DNA of 64,000 nucleotides, taken from NCBI GenBank assembly GCA_030674455.1, contig JAUSGQ010000002.1, positions 6,207 to 70,206 on the forward strand, written 5' to 3'. Below the pieces are notes generated by a model, which made no database searches, was not told where the DNA came from, and worked only from the letters and a program-made list of their open reading frames with translations. The stretch's first letter is position 1. Every line of letters begins with the position of its first letter. Shown here piece by piece: positions 9,865 to 19,514 of the stretch. This DNA is from a bacterium (GTDB lineage: Bacteria; Patescibacteriota; Minisyncoccia; Phycocordibacterales; UBA2100). Position numbers and translations under genes: made by a program.

Positions 9865-11859
9865 CTAGCGTTGTTTTCGTTTTCGAAACCCTCGCCATAG
9901 GCCTGCGATAAATGCAAGCAAAACGAGCAGCGCGAGCCACCATTTCCATTCAGTTGGAATTCCGTAATCAACAACTGCTATGGCCGCTGTTTGAACATAC
10001 GGAGGAGAAACATTCGCAAGCGTCGTTGTTGCCTCTGTGCTTGTTGCAAGTGGTTCGGCGGGTGCTGGCAATTCCGGCTCCACGAATGTTTCCTGTTTCT
10101 CTTCGTCCGGCAATTTTTCAGCGTTTGAAAGCTCAACTGCTACTGAAGAAGTTGGCGCAACACTTACCGCTTCGGCTGTTGTAACTGGCGTAGATGTCGC
10201 GATTTGCTCAACATTGACTTTCGGCGCGGGCTTAGCGAAAGAGGAGAGAAGCGAATCCCATGTGTTACCCTGAATTGCGGGAATAGCATATGCTGTTGCC
10301 CACACGCGCGTGTCGGAAGTAGCACTCGCAGGTTCGATGCCGCCATCGCGCTCCTGAAGCGTGGCAATGTAGTATTGAGGCGTGTAATAGCCGTTCGCCC
10401 AGTTTAGAGATGAGCTTGGAGCCGCGGCAATTGCCTGCAGACTCCAGCTTGTTGCAAAACTGTTTCCAAGGCTTGCATCCGCTTGCAGTTTTCCGTGTAT
10501 GTAATCAATCGCCGAGTTTATCGCGTTTGACGTGTCCGGAAGCTGCCGCGCGAGCGAAAGTGCTTGAACAGCGGCAGCGGTCAAATCCTCGCTGTTTTCC
10601 CACGAGCCGTTAGGAAGTTGTTTTGATAGGATGAACAAAACAACTCTTTGTATTACATCGTCGTTGGTCGAGTAGCCGGCATGAAGGAGCGGAAATATGG
10701 CAAAAATATCGTCATTGACGAGCGCCGCATCGCCAATTTGCTTCCCGTCGAAACCATTTACGATGGGAGTTATGTAATCAACAGATGTCCCTGAATAGGG
10801 ATTTATTCCGAGCGCCTCGAGCGCCATTGCATGCCGCTCGTAATCGGAAACACTTTGCAGAGATGGCGGATTGGATGAGAAATACTGGGACAGCTTCTTT
10901 TGCGCGTCTCCGGCTCCTCCTCCGCCGAGCGCGATTGCAACCCAATCGGAAAGAAGCGCAGAACTAAATGAGCCATCGGCGCGCTGCTCGCTTTGAAGAT
11001 ATGCAAGTGCGAGCGGCATGTCAAACGGCGCGTGCAGATTAATGCCGCCCCCGCCCCCTCCGGAAGATGAAAGGGAAGCTTGAGGCGTAGCAGATGCTGT
11101 TATTGAGGCATTGGGATAATAGCCATCTTCTAACAGGCCTGCGGCGTACGAGCCGGCGGTATGTATCGTGAATGTTGCTTTGCCATCCGCCCCGACAGTC
11201 GCGGAAGAAATGATAGTCGGACTGTTAAAAGGGTCGCCCTGAAGAATCCTTAACGTGAGACCGGTCGCGGGCGTCCATGAATTGGATGGTGCAACGTATG
11301 ATTCCGCTGCTACAGTGAACGGCACTCCAATCGTGACATTAGAAGAGCTCGGCGTAATGCGACGCGACGGGCCGAAATACAGATAGACCGCGTCGTTGTT
11401 AGAAAGCGTCTGCACCTCCATTCCTACATTGGGACTTGTGCCGTTCACCACATACTGCCAATTTCCGCAGAGTGGGCTTGCGGGGTCTGCGGGTGCCGCG
11501 ATGCAATTGAGATAAAAAGAACTATAGGCGTCCGAGTATTGCAGGTCTGAAATAGAGAATGTCGTTGTTGCGGATTCAATATCTTTTATAATTGCCAAGA
11601 CGCTTCGCGCCGGGACATTATGAGAACCTCCTATAGAAGTGATGGCGACATCCGGTGAGCCAATATCAGGAAGCGTGGCCGACCCGCTCGAAATGACCGT
11701 TGCTCCATCGCGAATGGTAATCGTTGCTTGGTCAGAAGCAGGCGGTGGAGGTGGTGCGTCTGGGTCGACAATCTGCGCAAAGGCGGTCGCGACACCAATA
11801 GTTGAAGAGAGGAATAAGACAATAATCAAGCCAAAGAGGGAGCGGTTAAGATGTCTCAT
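9865..11859 (-). CDS. Surface protein: DUF4430 domain + prenyltransferase-like alpha/alpha barrel + P/T/A-rich stalk + TM anchor
   Basis: Signal peptide; WQYVVNG...VGM....LSNND; QRADGSF, QLPNGSW and QERDGG repeats; C-terminal TM with basic tail. Confidence 0.75.
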   Translation of the reverse strand: MRHLNRSLFGLIIVLFLSSTIGVATAFAQIVDPDAPPPPPASDQATITIRDGATVISSGSATLPDIGSPDVAITSIGGSHNVPARSVLAIIKDIESATTTFSISDLQYSDAYSSFYLNCIAAPADPASPLCGNWQYVVNGTSPNVGMEVQTLSNNDAVYLYFGPSRRITPSSSNVTIGVPFTVAAESYVAPSNSWTPATGLTLRILQGDPFNSPTIISSATVGADGKATFTIHTAGSYAAGLLEDGYYPNASITASATPQASLSSSGGGGGGINLHAPFDMPLALAYLQSEQRADGSFSSALLSDWVAIALGGGGAGDAQKKLSQYFSSNPPSLQSVSDYERHAMALEALGINPYSGTSVDYITPIVNGFDGKQIGDAALVNDDIFAIFPLLHAGYSTNDDVIQRVVLFILSKQLPNGSWENSEDLTAAAVQALSLARQLPDTSNAINSAIDYIHGKLQADASLGNSFATSWSLQAIAAAPSSSLNWANGYYTPQYYIATLQERDGGIEPASATSDTRVWATAYAIPAIQGNTWDSLLSSFAKPAPKVNVEQIATSTPVTTAEAVSVAPTSSVAVELSNAEKLPDEEKQETFVEPELPAPAEPLATSTEATTTLANVSPPYVQTAAIAVVDYGIPTEWKWWLALLVLLAFIAGLWRGFRKRKQR

Positions 11860-11893
11860 AAAAGTTAATTATACCACAGTGTAGGGATATTGT

Positions 11894-12370
11894 CTAGTAA
11901 CCTTTTTCATATTTCCATTCTACGCTGTTTTCAGGATTTACGATGATAGTGGAGATTCCTTGCTGTGCCTTTGCTCCATTTACATACAGAATCCAGTAGT
12001 ATCCATCGGCCGCAATCTTGCCTGCCTGCCGCGCCGAACGCGGCGCAGGCAGGCCGTTTATTGATTCGACGAACGCGCCCATGCCGGGAAAATCTTTTGA
12101 TGTGAATCGAAATTTGGTGCTTGATGCGAGTATGTTCATAGCATCAAGGATTGTTGAGCCAGGCGGCACATTGTCTTCGTAGAGCTCTTCTCCGACGATA
12201 AGTGTGAACTCAATGCCAGTTGATTTTTCTGATGCCGCATTTAGCGCTCCCAAGGAGACACCTTGCAGAGCCAAGGAGTCACCTTGGGATGAAAGAAAAG
12301 AACGTTCAGAGAAATACGCACCCGCTCCGAGGACGATGATAGCAAGGAAAAGTAATAAATGTTTTCTCAT
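11894..12370 (-). CDS. DUF4430 (transcobalamin C-terminal-like) exported protein
   Basis: GAFVESING...YYWILYVNG..AQQGI......VEWKY signature; N-terminal hydrophobic helix. Confidence 0.85.
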   Translation of the reverse strand: MRKHLLLFLAIIVLGAGAYFSERSFLSSQGDSLALQGVSLGALNAASEKSTGIEFTLIVGEELYEDNVPPGSTILDAMNILASSTKFRFTSKDFPGMGAFVESINGLPAPRSARQAGKIAADGYYWILYVNGAKAQQGISTIIVNPENSVEWKYEKGY

Positions 12371-12425
12371 ATGTTATCTCTCCGCCTTCGCCAAGGCTTC
12401 GGCGGATGATTTGCTACTGCAAATC

Positions 12426-12448
12426 AAAAAACTCCGCCCAAGCGGAGG
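12426..12448 (-). terminator. Intrinsic terminator (riboswitch expression platform)
   Basis: Minus strand ctccgc-ttgg-gcggag followed by a T6 run. Confidence 0.8.
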
Positions 12449-12499
12449 TTACGTGCGTGCGCCGCAGCTGCGGCGTCAGCGGTCTCCTGCTCGGGATAT

Positions 12500-12617
12500 C
12501 CGCTTTCTGAAGACCGGACTCGCCTCGGCTCGCCGTAGCTCCTTGCGGAGGCAGCTCACCAAGTTTTACCGTTGCGGCACAGTGGGGGAATCAAACCCCA
12601 ACTTCCACAGAAAGCAG
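12500..12617 (-). promoter_or_regulatory. Cobalamin riboswitch
   Basis: Minus strand gctttctg..ggaagttggggtttgattcccccactgtgccgcaacggtaa...agtccgg..cagaaagc; tataat at 12630-12625; lies upstream of DUF4430 genes. Confidence 0.8.
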
Positions 12618-12717
12618 TTGTGGAATTATACGCGCGAAGCAAAGGCGCACAAGTGGATAACTTAATGCCTCATGTTCCAGATTACATTTCCCACGCCTGA
12701 TGATACAATGCGAAATT

Positions 12718-13791
12718 ATGGCGGAACTCATACCAGGCCCATCTTTTTTTATTGGAAAAGGGGATGACACAGACCTCATTTCGTTCGGCTCCGGACAGCC
12801 CGATTTGCCGCCGCCGCCGGAGGCATTTGATGCTTTAAAGCAGTATAACGGGTTCAAATACGGTCAAATTCAGGGAGAGGAATCGCTGCGCGCTAAACTC
12901 GCGGAAGAATACCCGGGAGCTAAGCCGGAGCATTTTGTCATAACGAACGGCGCGTCGGAGGCGATCGACCTTGTTCTGCGCTCAATTTCAAAATCGGGAG
13001 GCAAAATTCTTTTGCCGCGACCGTATTACTATTCCTATCCGTTCGTTGTGGGGTATGCGGGAATGACCGCAGAATATTACGACCTCGGCGAAGGAGGAAA
13101 AATAAATTACGAACAGTTTGCAGATATCGCGCCCGGATGCCGAGCGGTTCTTATCAATTCGCCCTCCAACCCGACCGGCACGGTTCAGGATATTGAGACG
13201 CTGAAAAAAGTCGAGGCGCTCTGCGACCGCCTGGGGCTCTATATTATTTCCGACGAAGTTTATAAAGACCTTATTTACGACAGAGAGAATTATTTGTTGC
13301 ACGGCAAACACGTCGTGACCGTAAACTCGTTCTCCAAAACCTACGCTATGTGCGGATTCCGAGTCGGCTATCTTTATTCGCCCGACGAGGATCTCGTTTC
13401 AAAAGTGGTGGAAATGAAGAATCACACGTCTATGAACACGAGCGTCGCAGCGCAGGTCATGGCGCTCGCGGCTCTCTCCGTGCCGGCATCCTATGTGGAA
13501 AAGCACGTAAAAATATGGAAGGAGCGGCGCGACATGATATATGCCGGCATGCTCGAACTTGGCCTCGAATTATGGAAGCCCGAGGGCGCGTTTTACGTCT
13601 TACCAAAGTTAAAGAATTCGGGCCGTGTCGTATCCGACCTCTACTACAAATACAGGATGATTTCTTACGATGGCGCATGGTTCGGCGCGCCCGACCACGT
13701 GCGCTTCAGCTACGCGCTCGATGCTTCCAAGATACAGGAGGGATTGAGGCGGCTTAAGAAATTTCTGGAGACTGACTATCGCGCGTATTAA
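12718..13791 (+). CDS. PLP-dependent aminotransferase class I/II
   Basis: NSPSNPTG, ISDEVY, SFSKTYAMCGFRVGY. Confidence 0.92.
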   Translation: MAELIPGPSFFIGKGDDTDLISFGSGQPDLPPPPEAFDALKQYNGFKYGQIQGEESLRAKLAEEYPGAKPEHFVITNGASEAIDLVLRSISKSGGKILLPRPYYYSYPFVVGYAGMTAEYYDLGEGGKINYEQFADIAPGCRAVLINSPSNPTGTVQDIETLKKVEALCDRLGLYIISDEVYKDLIYDRENYLLHGKHVVTVNSFSKTYAMCGFRVGYLYSPDEDLVSKVVEMKNHTSMNTSVAAQVMALAALSVPASYVEKHVKIWKERRDMIYAGMLELGLELWKPEGAFYVLPKLKNSGRVVSDLYYKYRMISYDGAWFGAPDHVRFSYALDASKIQEGLRRLKKFLETDYRAY

Positions 13792-13796
13792 AGTGC

Positions 13797-15176
13797 ATGT
13801 TGAATTGTCAAAAACTGTTTGAAGGCAAAAAAATAACCGTGTTAGGGCTAGGACTCCTCGGGAGGGGACTCGGCGACGCGGAGTTCCTCGCGAAGTGCGG
13901 CGCGCATGTTCTCGTTACAGATAAGAAGACAGAAGCACAGCTCGCGGAATCGGTGGAGAAATTAAAACACTACAACAACGTTTCGTTCCGGCTCGGCGGG
14001 CACGATGAAAAAGATTTTGCGGGCCGCGACCTTGTGATTAAGGGCGCAAAAACTCCGCTCGACTCTCCGTACATAGCGGCGGCGCGAAAGGCGGGCGTTC
14101 CCGTTGTAATGTCCACCGCGCTCTTTGCGAAATACGCGATGGAGGAGGGCGCGATTATCGTAGGAATAACCGGCACGCGCGGAAAATCGACTGTGACGCA
14201 CATGATTCACTATGTGCTTATTTCCGCCTTCGCTAAAGCTTCGGCGGACAGGCGCGCTCCGAATGTGATTCTTGGGGGGAACATAAGAGGAATATCAACC
14301 CTTGCTATGCTTCCCGAAATTAAGAAAGGCGACATTGCCGTTCTAGAACTCGATTCGTGGCAACTGCAGGGATTTGGAGATTTACAAATCAGTCCGAACA
14401 TTTCCATCTTTACGAATTTGATGCCTGATCATCTGGACTACTATCAAGGATTGGATGCTTATTTTAACGACAAAGCTAATATTTTTAAGTTCCAAAAGCG
14501 AGGCGATTCACTGTTTGTTGGGAAGGGCATTTTGGAGAAAGTGAAGGCAACGCGGCCGGAGGCCGCGCCGCATGTTCCTCCGGCAATTCCCGCCGACTGG
14601 AAACTGCAAATTCCTGGCGAACATAATCGAGAAAACGCGTCGCTTGCCGCCGCCGCTCTTCGTTCTCTCGGCCTTCAAGAATCGGATATTCAAAGCGGGC
14701 TGGAATCATTTGTTGGTTTGGAAGGCCGGCTTCAACTTGTCGGTCAAATAAAGGGTGTGAACGTTTACAACGATACAAATGCAACCACTCCCGAGGCCAC
14801 GGTCGCCGCCTTGCGAGCCGTGGGAAATGCAAAAAATAGAAAGGTAGTTCTCATAATGGGTGGTGACGATAAATTTCTTGATATGTCCGCGCTCACTGCA
14901 GAAATACCGAAATGGTGCTCCAAAGTTGTTCTCTTTAAAGAACGCGGAACCGACCGAGTTCGTGATGAAGTGTTCGCGATGAAAAGTGAGGGTATGGATG
15001 TTTACGAGGAAGAGGGATTGCCCAATACCGCTGGCCGCGCGTTCTCCATCGCGGTTCCGGGCGAGACCATTTTATTCAGTCCGGCGTTTACCTCATTCGG
15101 CAAATACTTCAAGAACGAATATGACAGGGGGAATCAGTTCATGGCGCTAGTTCGCGCGCACACTGCAAACGGTTAG
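13797..15176 (+). CDS. murD: UDP-N-acetylmuramoyl-L-alanine:D-glutamate ligase
   Basis: GITGTRGKST, GGNI, LELDSWQL, NLMPDHLD, NDTNAT, FSPA. Confidence 0.93.
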   Translation: MLNCQKLFEGKKITVLGLGLLGRGLGDAEFLAKCGAHVLVTDKKTEAQLAESVEKLKHYNNVSFRLGGHDEKDFAGRDLVIKGAKTPLDSPYIAAARKAGVPVVMSTALFAKYAMEEGAIIVGITGTRGKSTVTHMIHYVLISAFAKASADRRAPNVILGGNIRGISTLAMLPEIKKGDIAVLELDSWQLQGFGDLQISPNISIFTNLMPDHLDYYQGLDAYFNDKANIFKFQKRGDSLFVGKGILEKVKATRPEAAPHVPPAIPADWKLQIPGEHNRENASLAAAALRSLGLQESDIQSGLESFVGLEGRLQLVGQIKGVNVYNDTNATTPEATVAALRAVGNAKNRKVVLIMGGDDKFLDMSALTAEIPKWCSKVVLFKERGTDRVRDEVFAMKSEGMDVYEEEGLPNTAGRAFSIAVPGETILFSPAFTSFGKYFKNEYDRGNQFMALVRAHTANG

Positions 15177-15208
15177 TCTGACTAACCTGTCCGTTAGTCA
15201 GACTAACC
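15171..15208. repeat. REP-like inverted doublet gttagtc(t/a)gactaac
   Basis: Two palindromes holding the stop codons of the two convergent genes. Confidence 0.75.
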
Positions 15209-15473
15209 CATCTCTTGTTGGAAGTCGATTGAGCATCTGAACAATTCCTTTTCGCATCCGTGCGGATGTATCGGGGTCGTTCTCAATATCGGAGATGGTT
15301 TCGGAGAGTTTTTTGTCGATGGTATCTGTGTTATCGAAGAGGTATGAGGGAAATTCCTCGAATTGTTCAAAGTATTCCTCGAAGACTTTCTTTCGTACTC
15401 CGGCGTTCTCGCTTGTGGCTGCCGCTTTTAGCTCTTCAAAATTGAACTTCGTTTTCTTTTTACTTTCTTTCAC
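15198..15473 (-). CDS. Hypothetical protein
   Basis: 91-aa charged ORF filling the murD-murC gap. Confidence 0.65.
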   Translation of the reverse strand: MKESKKKTKFNFEELKAAATSENAGVRKKVFEEYFEQFEEFPSYLFDNTDTIDKKLSETISDIENDPDTSARMRKGIVQMLNRLPTRDGLV

Positions 15474-15529
15474 AAATTCATTGTAGACCTTTCTGGCGGA
15501 AGCGATAGAGTGTAAACTTCTAAACGTCT

Positions 15530-16876
15530 ATGACAGTTTCGAATATTTACATGGTTGGCATAGGAGGTATAGGTATGTCGGCCCTTGCACAGCTTCTTGT
15601 GCATCAGGGCAAACAAGTGAGTGGGTCGGACAGAGAAGAGTCGCCCACGACAAGATTGCTTGCCGAAAAAGGAGTTTCCGTTTCAATCGGCCTGCTTGCC
15701 GAAGCCTCGGCGCAGGCAGGCCACGATAGGTGTCTCATACCTGCCGATACGGAACTTCTCATATACAGCGATGCCGTTTGGCTCGACAACCAGGAGCGAA
15801 TGCGCGCGAAAGAAATGAAAATCCCCGAAATGTCCTACTTTGAGGCGCTCGGTCAGGTTTCAAAGAAAATGAGAACACTTGCTGTCACGGGGACTCATGG
15901 GAAAACCACAACGACCGGAATGTTGGCGGCGATATTGAAGCACGCGGGGAAAGACCCGAGTGCCATAGTTGGTTCCATTGTGTCGGATTTTAAGTCCAAT
16001 TATCTTGAGGGACGCGATGACCTTCTTGTTGTTGAAGCGTGCGAATACAAAGACCATATGCTGAAACTCTCTCCAGAAATACTGGTGATGACAAATGCCG
16101 AATGGGACCACACCGATTACTTTCCTACGCTCGAGAAGATGCTGGAGTCGTTCAACAAAGCCGCGCGCGCGGTACCAAAGCATGGAGTTGTCGTCACGAA
16201 TCCTGACGGCGAGAATATGAGTGTTGTATTGAAAGGCGTTACAGCGCGCGTGGTTGATTATACGAAAGAATCAACCCCCATGCTCAAACTGCTAGGCGAA
16301 TTCAATCGTGAAAATGCGCGCGCCGCGAAAGCCGCGGCGCGCGCCGCATTTCCCGACATTGTTGAAACTGTCGCGGATGAGGCGCTTAAGAATTTCAAGG
16401 GCTCGTGGCGCCGGTTTGAATACAAAGGCGAAACGCCAAATGGAGCGCAAGTTTACGACGACTACGCGCACCACCCGACGGCGATTAAAAAAACTCTGCG
16501 CGCTGTACGAGAGAAGTTCCCCGGCAAAAGAATAGTCGTTGCATTTCACGCGCACCTCTATTCGAGAACAAGGGATTTGATGAAAGGGTTTGGCGAAGCG
16601 CTTGCCAAAGCCGATGAAGTAATTATCGCGCCGATTTACCCCGCGCGAGAGGAGCCGATTCCCGGTATCACAAATCACGCGCTCGCTGAAGCGGTGCGAA
16701 GGAGCCTGCCTGCCCTGCCTACCGGACAGGCAGGCGGCAGGCAGGGAAATGCCCGCGCTCTGGATTCGTTCAATGAAATCCGTGATGCTCTTCTTAAGTG
16801 CGATTCGGACACGCTAATCATCACAATGGGAGCGGGGGATATTTATAAAGTCGCCGAACAGATTATTGAGCAGTAA
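15530..16876 (+). CDS. murC: UDP-N-acetylmuramate:L-alanine ligase
   Basis: GIGGIGMSALA, GTHGKTTT, EACEY, DDYAHHPT, MGAGDI. Confidence 0.95.
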   Translation: MTVSNIYMVGIGGIGMSALAQLLVHQGKQVSGSDREESPTTRLLAEKGVSVSIGLLAEASAQAGHDRCLIPADTELLIYSDAVWLDNQERMRAKEMKIPEMSYFEALGQVSKKMRTLAVTGTHGKTTTTGMLAAILKHAGKDPSAIVGSIVSDFKSNYLEGRDDLLVVEACEYKDHMLKLSPEILVMTNAEWDHTDYFPTLEKMLESFNKAARAVPKHGVVVTNPDGENMSVVLKGVTARVVDYTKESTPMLKLLGEFNRENARAAKAAARAAFPDIVETVADEALKNFKGSWRRFEYKGETPNGAQVYDDYAHHPTAIKKTLRAVREKFPGKRIVVAFHAHLYSRTRDLMKGFGEALAKADEVIIAPIYPAREEPIPGITNHALAEAVRRSLPALPTGQAGGRQGNARALDSFNEIRDALLKCDSDTLIITMGAGDIYKVAEQIIEQ

Positions 16877-16915
16877 GAACATTCCAACATTCTGCAGAAT
16901 GTTGGAATGTTCTTA
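16874..16915. repeat. Palindrome family A (cattccaacattct-NN-agaatgttggaatg); relatives at 1593, 18098, 21926, 22258, 33105, 47104
   Basis: Perfect 42-bp palindrome with six related copies in the window. Confidence 0.9.
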
Positions 16916-16995
16916 GGTGGGCCACACATAAATCTCCCTTTCAGGGCATATAGACCCCTTTTACATTTTTCCAATCAGTAAGTATTATAGCTCTA

Positions 16996-18093
16996 ATGTC
17001 AAAGCAGTCCGAGCATGGAGGTGCATTTTTCGCCGCGATTGGTGATGACTTCTCTACACTGGAAAGGTCAAGCAAAGTAATTAGCGCAGATGTACTTGAT
17101 GCGTGGTTTGACCCATCGCCAAAAGTTATCAAGAAAGTCCGCGAATATCTATCCTTCGCTTTGAAAACGTCGCCGCCGACGCATTGTGAAGGTTTGATAA
17201 GAATCATTTCGAAGCAGCGGGAAATTCCACAAGAAAACATCGTTGTTGGTAGCGGCTCATCAAGTTTGATATTTTCTTTTTTTCCTCACATTTTGAATAA
17301 AGGCGACAAAGTTATGATTCTTGATCCGATGTACAGCGAGTACCCGCATATTTTAGAAGATGTCATTGGCGCGACCGTTTATAGACATGTTTTGAATAAA
17401 AAGTTTGATTTTGCGATTGATTGCGACCTACTGGTTAAGGACATCACCAAAATTCATCCCACAGTGATGGTTTTGGTGAATCCGAACAATCCAACTGGGC
17501 AGTATTTGGGAAAAGAAGATGTTCTTGAACTTGCTAAGACCTTTTCTGACGTGATATTTGTTGTGGACGAAGCATATATAGATTATGTAGAGCGAGATAA
17601 ATCAGTTGAGAGGGAGGTAGTTAAACATCCAAATCTTGTCGTTATAAAGTCAATGTCAAAAGTGTACGGATTAAGCGGGGTGCGTCTGGCCTATCTCACT
17701 GCACCTGTTTCAATAATCGAAAAAATCTCTCAATTTATTCCTCCGTGGCCAGTGAGTTTAGTTGCGCAAATCGCAGGAGTTGAAGCGCTTAAAGACAAAG
17801 AATACTATACGCAAAAATATGCTGAAACTAAGGTACTCCGAGAAGCGATGATTCAAGATTTGCTAATACCGTCTCTAAGGATTTTTGATTCGGTCGCAAA
17901 CTTCTTTCTTGTAAATCTAACTGGCACAGGATTGAGCGCAAGAAATATCGTTGAGGAATTGCGCGAACAGAATATTTATCTGCGTAACTGCGACTCGATC
18001 AGTAAACAGTTTCATGATGATTTTATTCGTATAGCCGTGAAAGATAAAACAAGCAATAAAATCATTACCAGTGCGCTCAAGGCGTTGTTGTAA
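16996..18093 (+). CDS. HisC/CobD-family PLP-dependent enzyme
   Basis: N-terminal HGG, NPNNPTG, VDEAY, KSMSKVYGLSGVRLAY, ANFFL. Confidence 0.85.
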   Translation: MSKQSEHGGAFFAAIGDDFSTLERSSKVISADVLDAWFDPSPKVIKKVREYLSFALKTSPPTHCEGLIRIISKQREIPQENIVVGSGSSSLIFSFFPHILNKGDKVMILDPMYSEYPHILEDVIGATVYRHVLNKKFDFAIDCDLLVKDITKIHPTVMVLVNPNNPTGQYLGKEDVLELAKTFSDVIFVVDEAYIDYVERDKSVEREVVKHPNLVVIKSMSKVYGLSGVRLAYLTAPVSIIEKISQFIPPWPVSLVAQIAGVEALKDKEYYTQKYAETKVLREAMIQDLLIPSLRIFDSVANFFLVNLTGTGLSARNIVEELREQNIYLRNCDSISKQFHDDFIRIAVKDKTSNKIITSALKALL

Positions 18094-18186
18094 ATAAAAA
18101 CATTCCAACATTCTTGAGAATGTTGGAATGTTTGCAGACGAATACGCATACATGTTGCAAAAGTAAAGCGAGGTGTATAATAGGCA

Positions 18187-18363
18187 CTTCCTTCGGGGTT
18201 TGGGTGATGTTCGTAAAGTACGGGCAAAGTCCCAATCGGCGGTAAAGCCCGTCCTCCTGCGCTAAAGCTATGGAGGACAAGCGAGTCCGCGAGCTCTGGT
18301 ATTTATCAGAGCACGACTGCGGTTTGATTCCGCGACCGACCGTATAGTCGGGATGAAAGAAGG
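18187..18363 (+). promoter_or_regulatory. FMN riboswitch (RFN element)
   Basis: cttcgggg..gggtga..cggcggtaaagccc..ccgcgag..attccg..ccgaccgtatagtcgggatgaaagaag, directly upstream of the rib operon. Confidence 0.92.
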
Positions 18364-18403
18364 AAACCGTACCGCATCACTGATGCATAATGGTACTGTT
18401 TCT

Positions 18404-18431
18404 ATCCCCGAAGAAATGAGGGGATTTTCTA
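18404..18431 (+). terminator. Probable terminator/expression platform of the FMN riboswitch
   Basis: atcccc...ggggat followed by a T run; the 5' arm (ccccgaag) is also complementary to the aptamer's cttcgggg. Confidence 0.55.
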
Positions 18432-18435
18432 TTTT

Positions 18436-19047
18436 ATGTTCACAGGAATCATCACAGAAATCGGAACCGTTAAAAAGCGCACGGCGAGCGGTTTAGAAGT
18501 TGCCGCAAGCCCCAGCATCGTGCGCCGTCTCGGTCTGGGAGAAAGCGTGGCCGTAAACGGCGCGTGCCTCACTGTTACCTCGGCTCGCGCCGGAACGATT
18601 AAAGCGGATGTCATGGAAGAAACTTGGCGGAAAACGATGCTTGGAAAATTGATATCTGGGAAAAAAGTAAATTTGGAGCTTCCTCTAAAGGCCGACTCTC
18701 TTATCTCGGGCCATTTCGTTCACGGCCATGTGGACGGTGTAGGAAAAGTAAGTAAAGTTGTGAAAACAGGCGCAAGCTATCTTCTTACGCTGGAAGTGCC
18801 GAGAGAAATCTCCCGCCACCTTGTAGATAAGGGTTCTATTGCGGTAAACGGCATCTCGCTCACTATCATCAGGGCGAGCAAAAATAAATTCAGCGTCGGG
18901 ATTATTCCTCACACATGGAGAAATACGACACTGCATGAAGTCAAAGCAGGCGATACGGTGAATATTGAAATTGACATACTAGCGAAATACGCAAGTAAAT
19001 CTCTAACCGCACATTTGCCCGCGTCACTTGCTTATTCGCGCGAATAA
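18436..19047 (+). CDS. ribE: Riboflavin synthase
   Basis: MFTGII, SVAVNGACLTV, GHFVHGHVDG, KGSIAVNGISLT. Confidence 0.95.
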   Translation: MFTGIITEIGTVKKRTASGLEVAASPSIVRRLGLGESVAVNGACLTVTSARAGTIKADVMEETWRKTMLGKLISGKKVNLELPLKADSLISGHFVHGHVDGVGKVSKVVKTGASYLLTLEVPREISRHLVDKGSIAVNGISLTIIRASKNKFSVGIIPHTWRNTTLHEVKAGDTVNIEIDILAKYASKSLTAHLPASLAYSRE

Positions 19048-19070
19048 GCAAGTAGTTAAGATTAATTTAT

Positions 19071-19514
19071 ATGAAATCAAAAAAGAAAATTCGGATAGGG
19101 ATTATCGGAACTTCGTTCCGTGAGGACGTTACGAGTGAGTTGGAAAAGCGCTGTGTTGCAACGCTTCTTGCTCGCGGTATTGCAAAAAACCACATTACGA
19201 TGGTTCGCGTTCCCGGCGCTCTTGAGGTTCCGCTCATCGTCAAAAAGATGGCGAAGCAGAAAAGATATGATGCGCTGATAACCTTCGGCGCGATAGTGAA
19301 GGGGAAGACATACCATTTCGAGCAGATTGCGAACGAGTGCTCGCGCGGATGCGCGGAGGTCGCGCTTCAATACGAAATTCCTGTGATATTCGAGATTCTT
19401 GCCGTTTACAAATTGTCGGACGCATTCGAGCGTGCGACGAGAAAGGTTGAGAACAAAGGCGTCGAAGCCGCGGAAACCGCGCTCTCGATGATTACACTCA
19501 TATCAAAATTATGA
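19071..19514 (+). CDS. ribH: 6,7-dimethyl-8-ribityllumazine synthase
   Basis: VPGALEVP, GAIVKGKTYHFE, NKGVEAA. Confidence 0.93.
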   Translation: MKSKKKIRIGIIGTSFREDVTSELEKRCVATLLARGIAKNHITMVRVPGALEVPLIVKKMAKQKRYDALITFGAIVKGKTYHFEQIANECSRGCAEVALQYEIPVIFEILAVYKLSDAFERATRKVENKGVEAAETALSMITLISKL

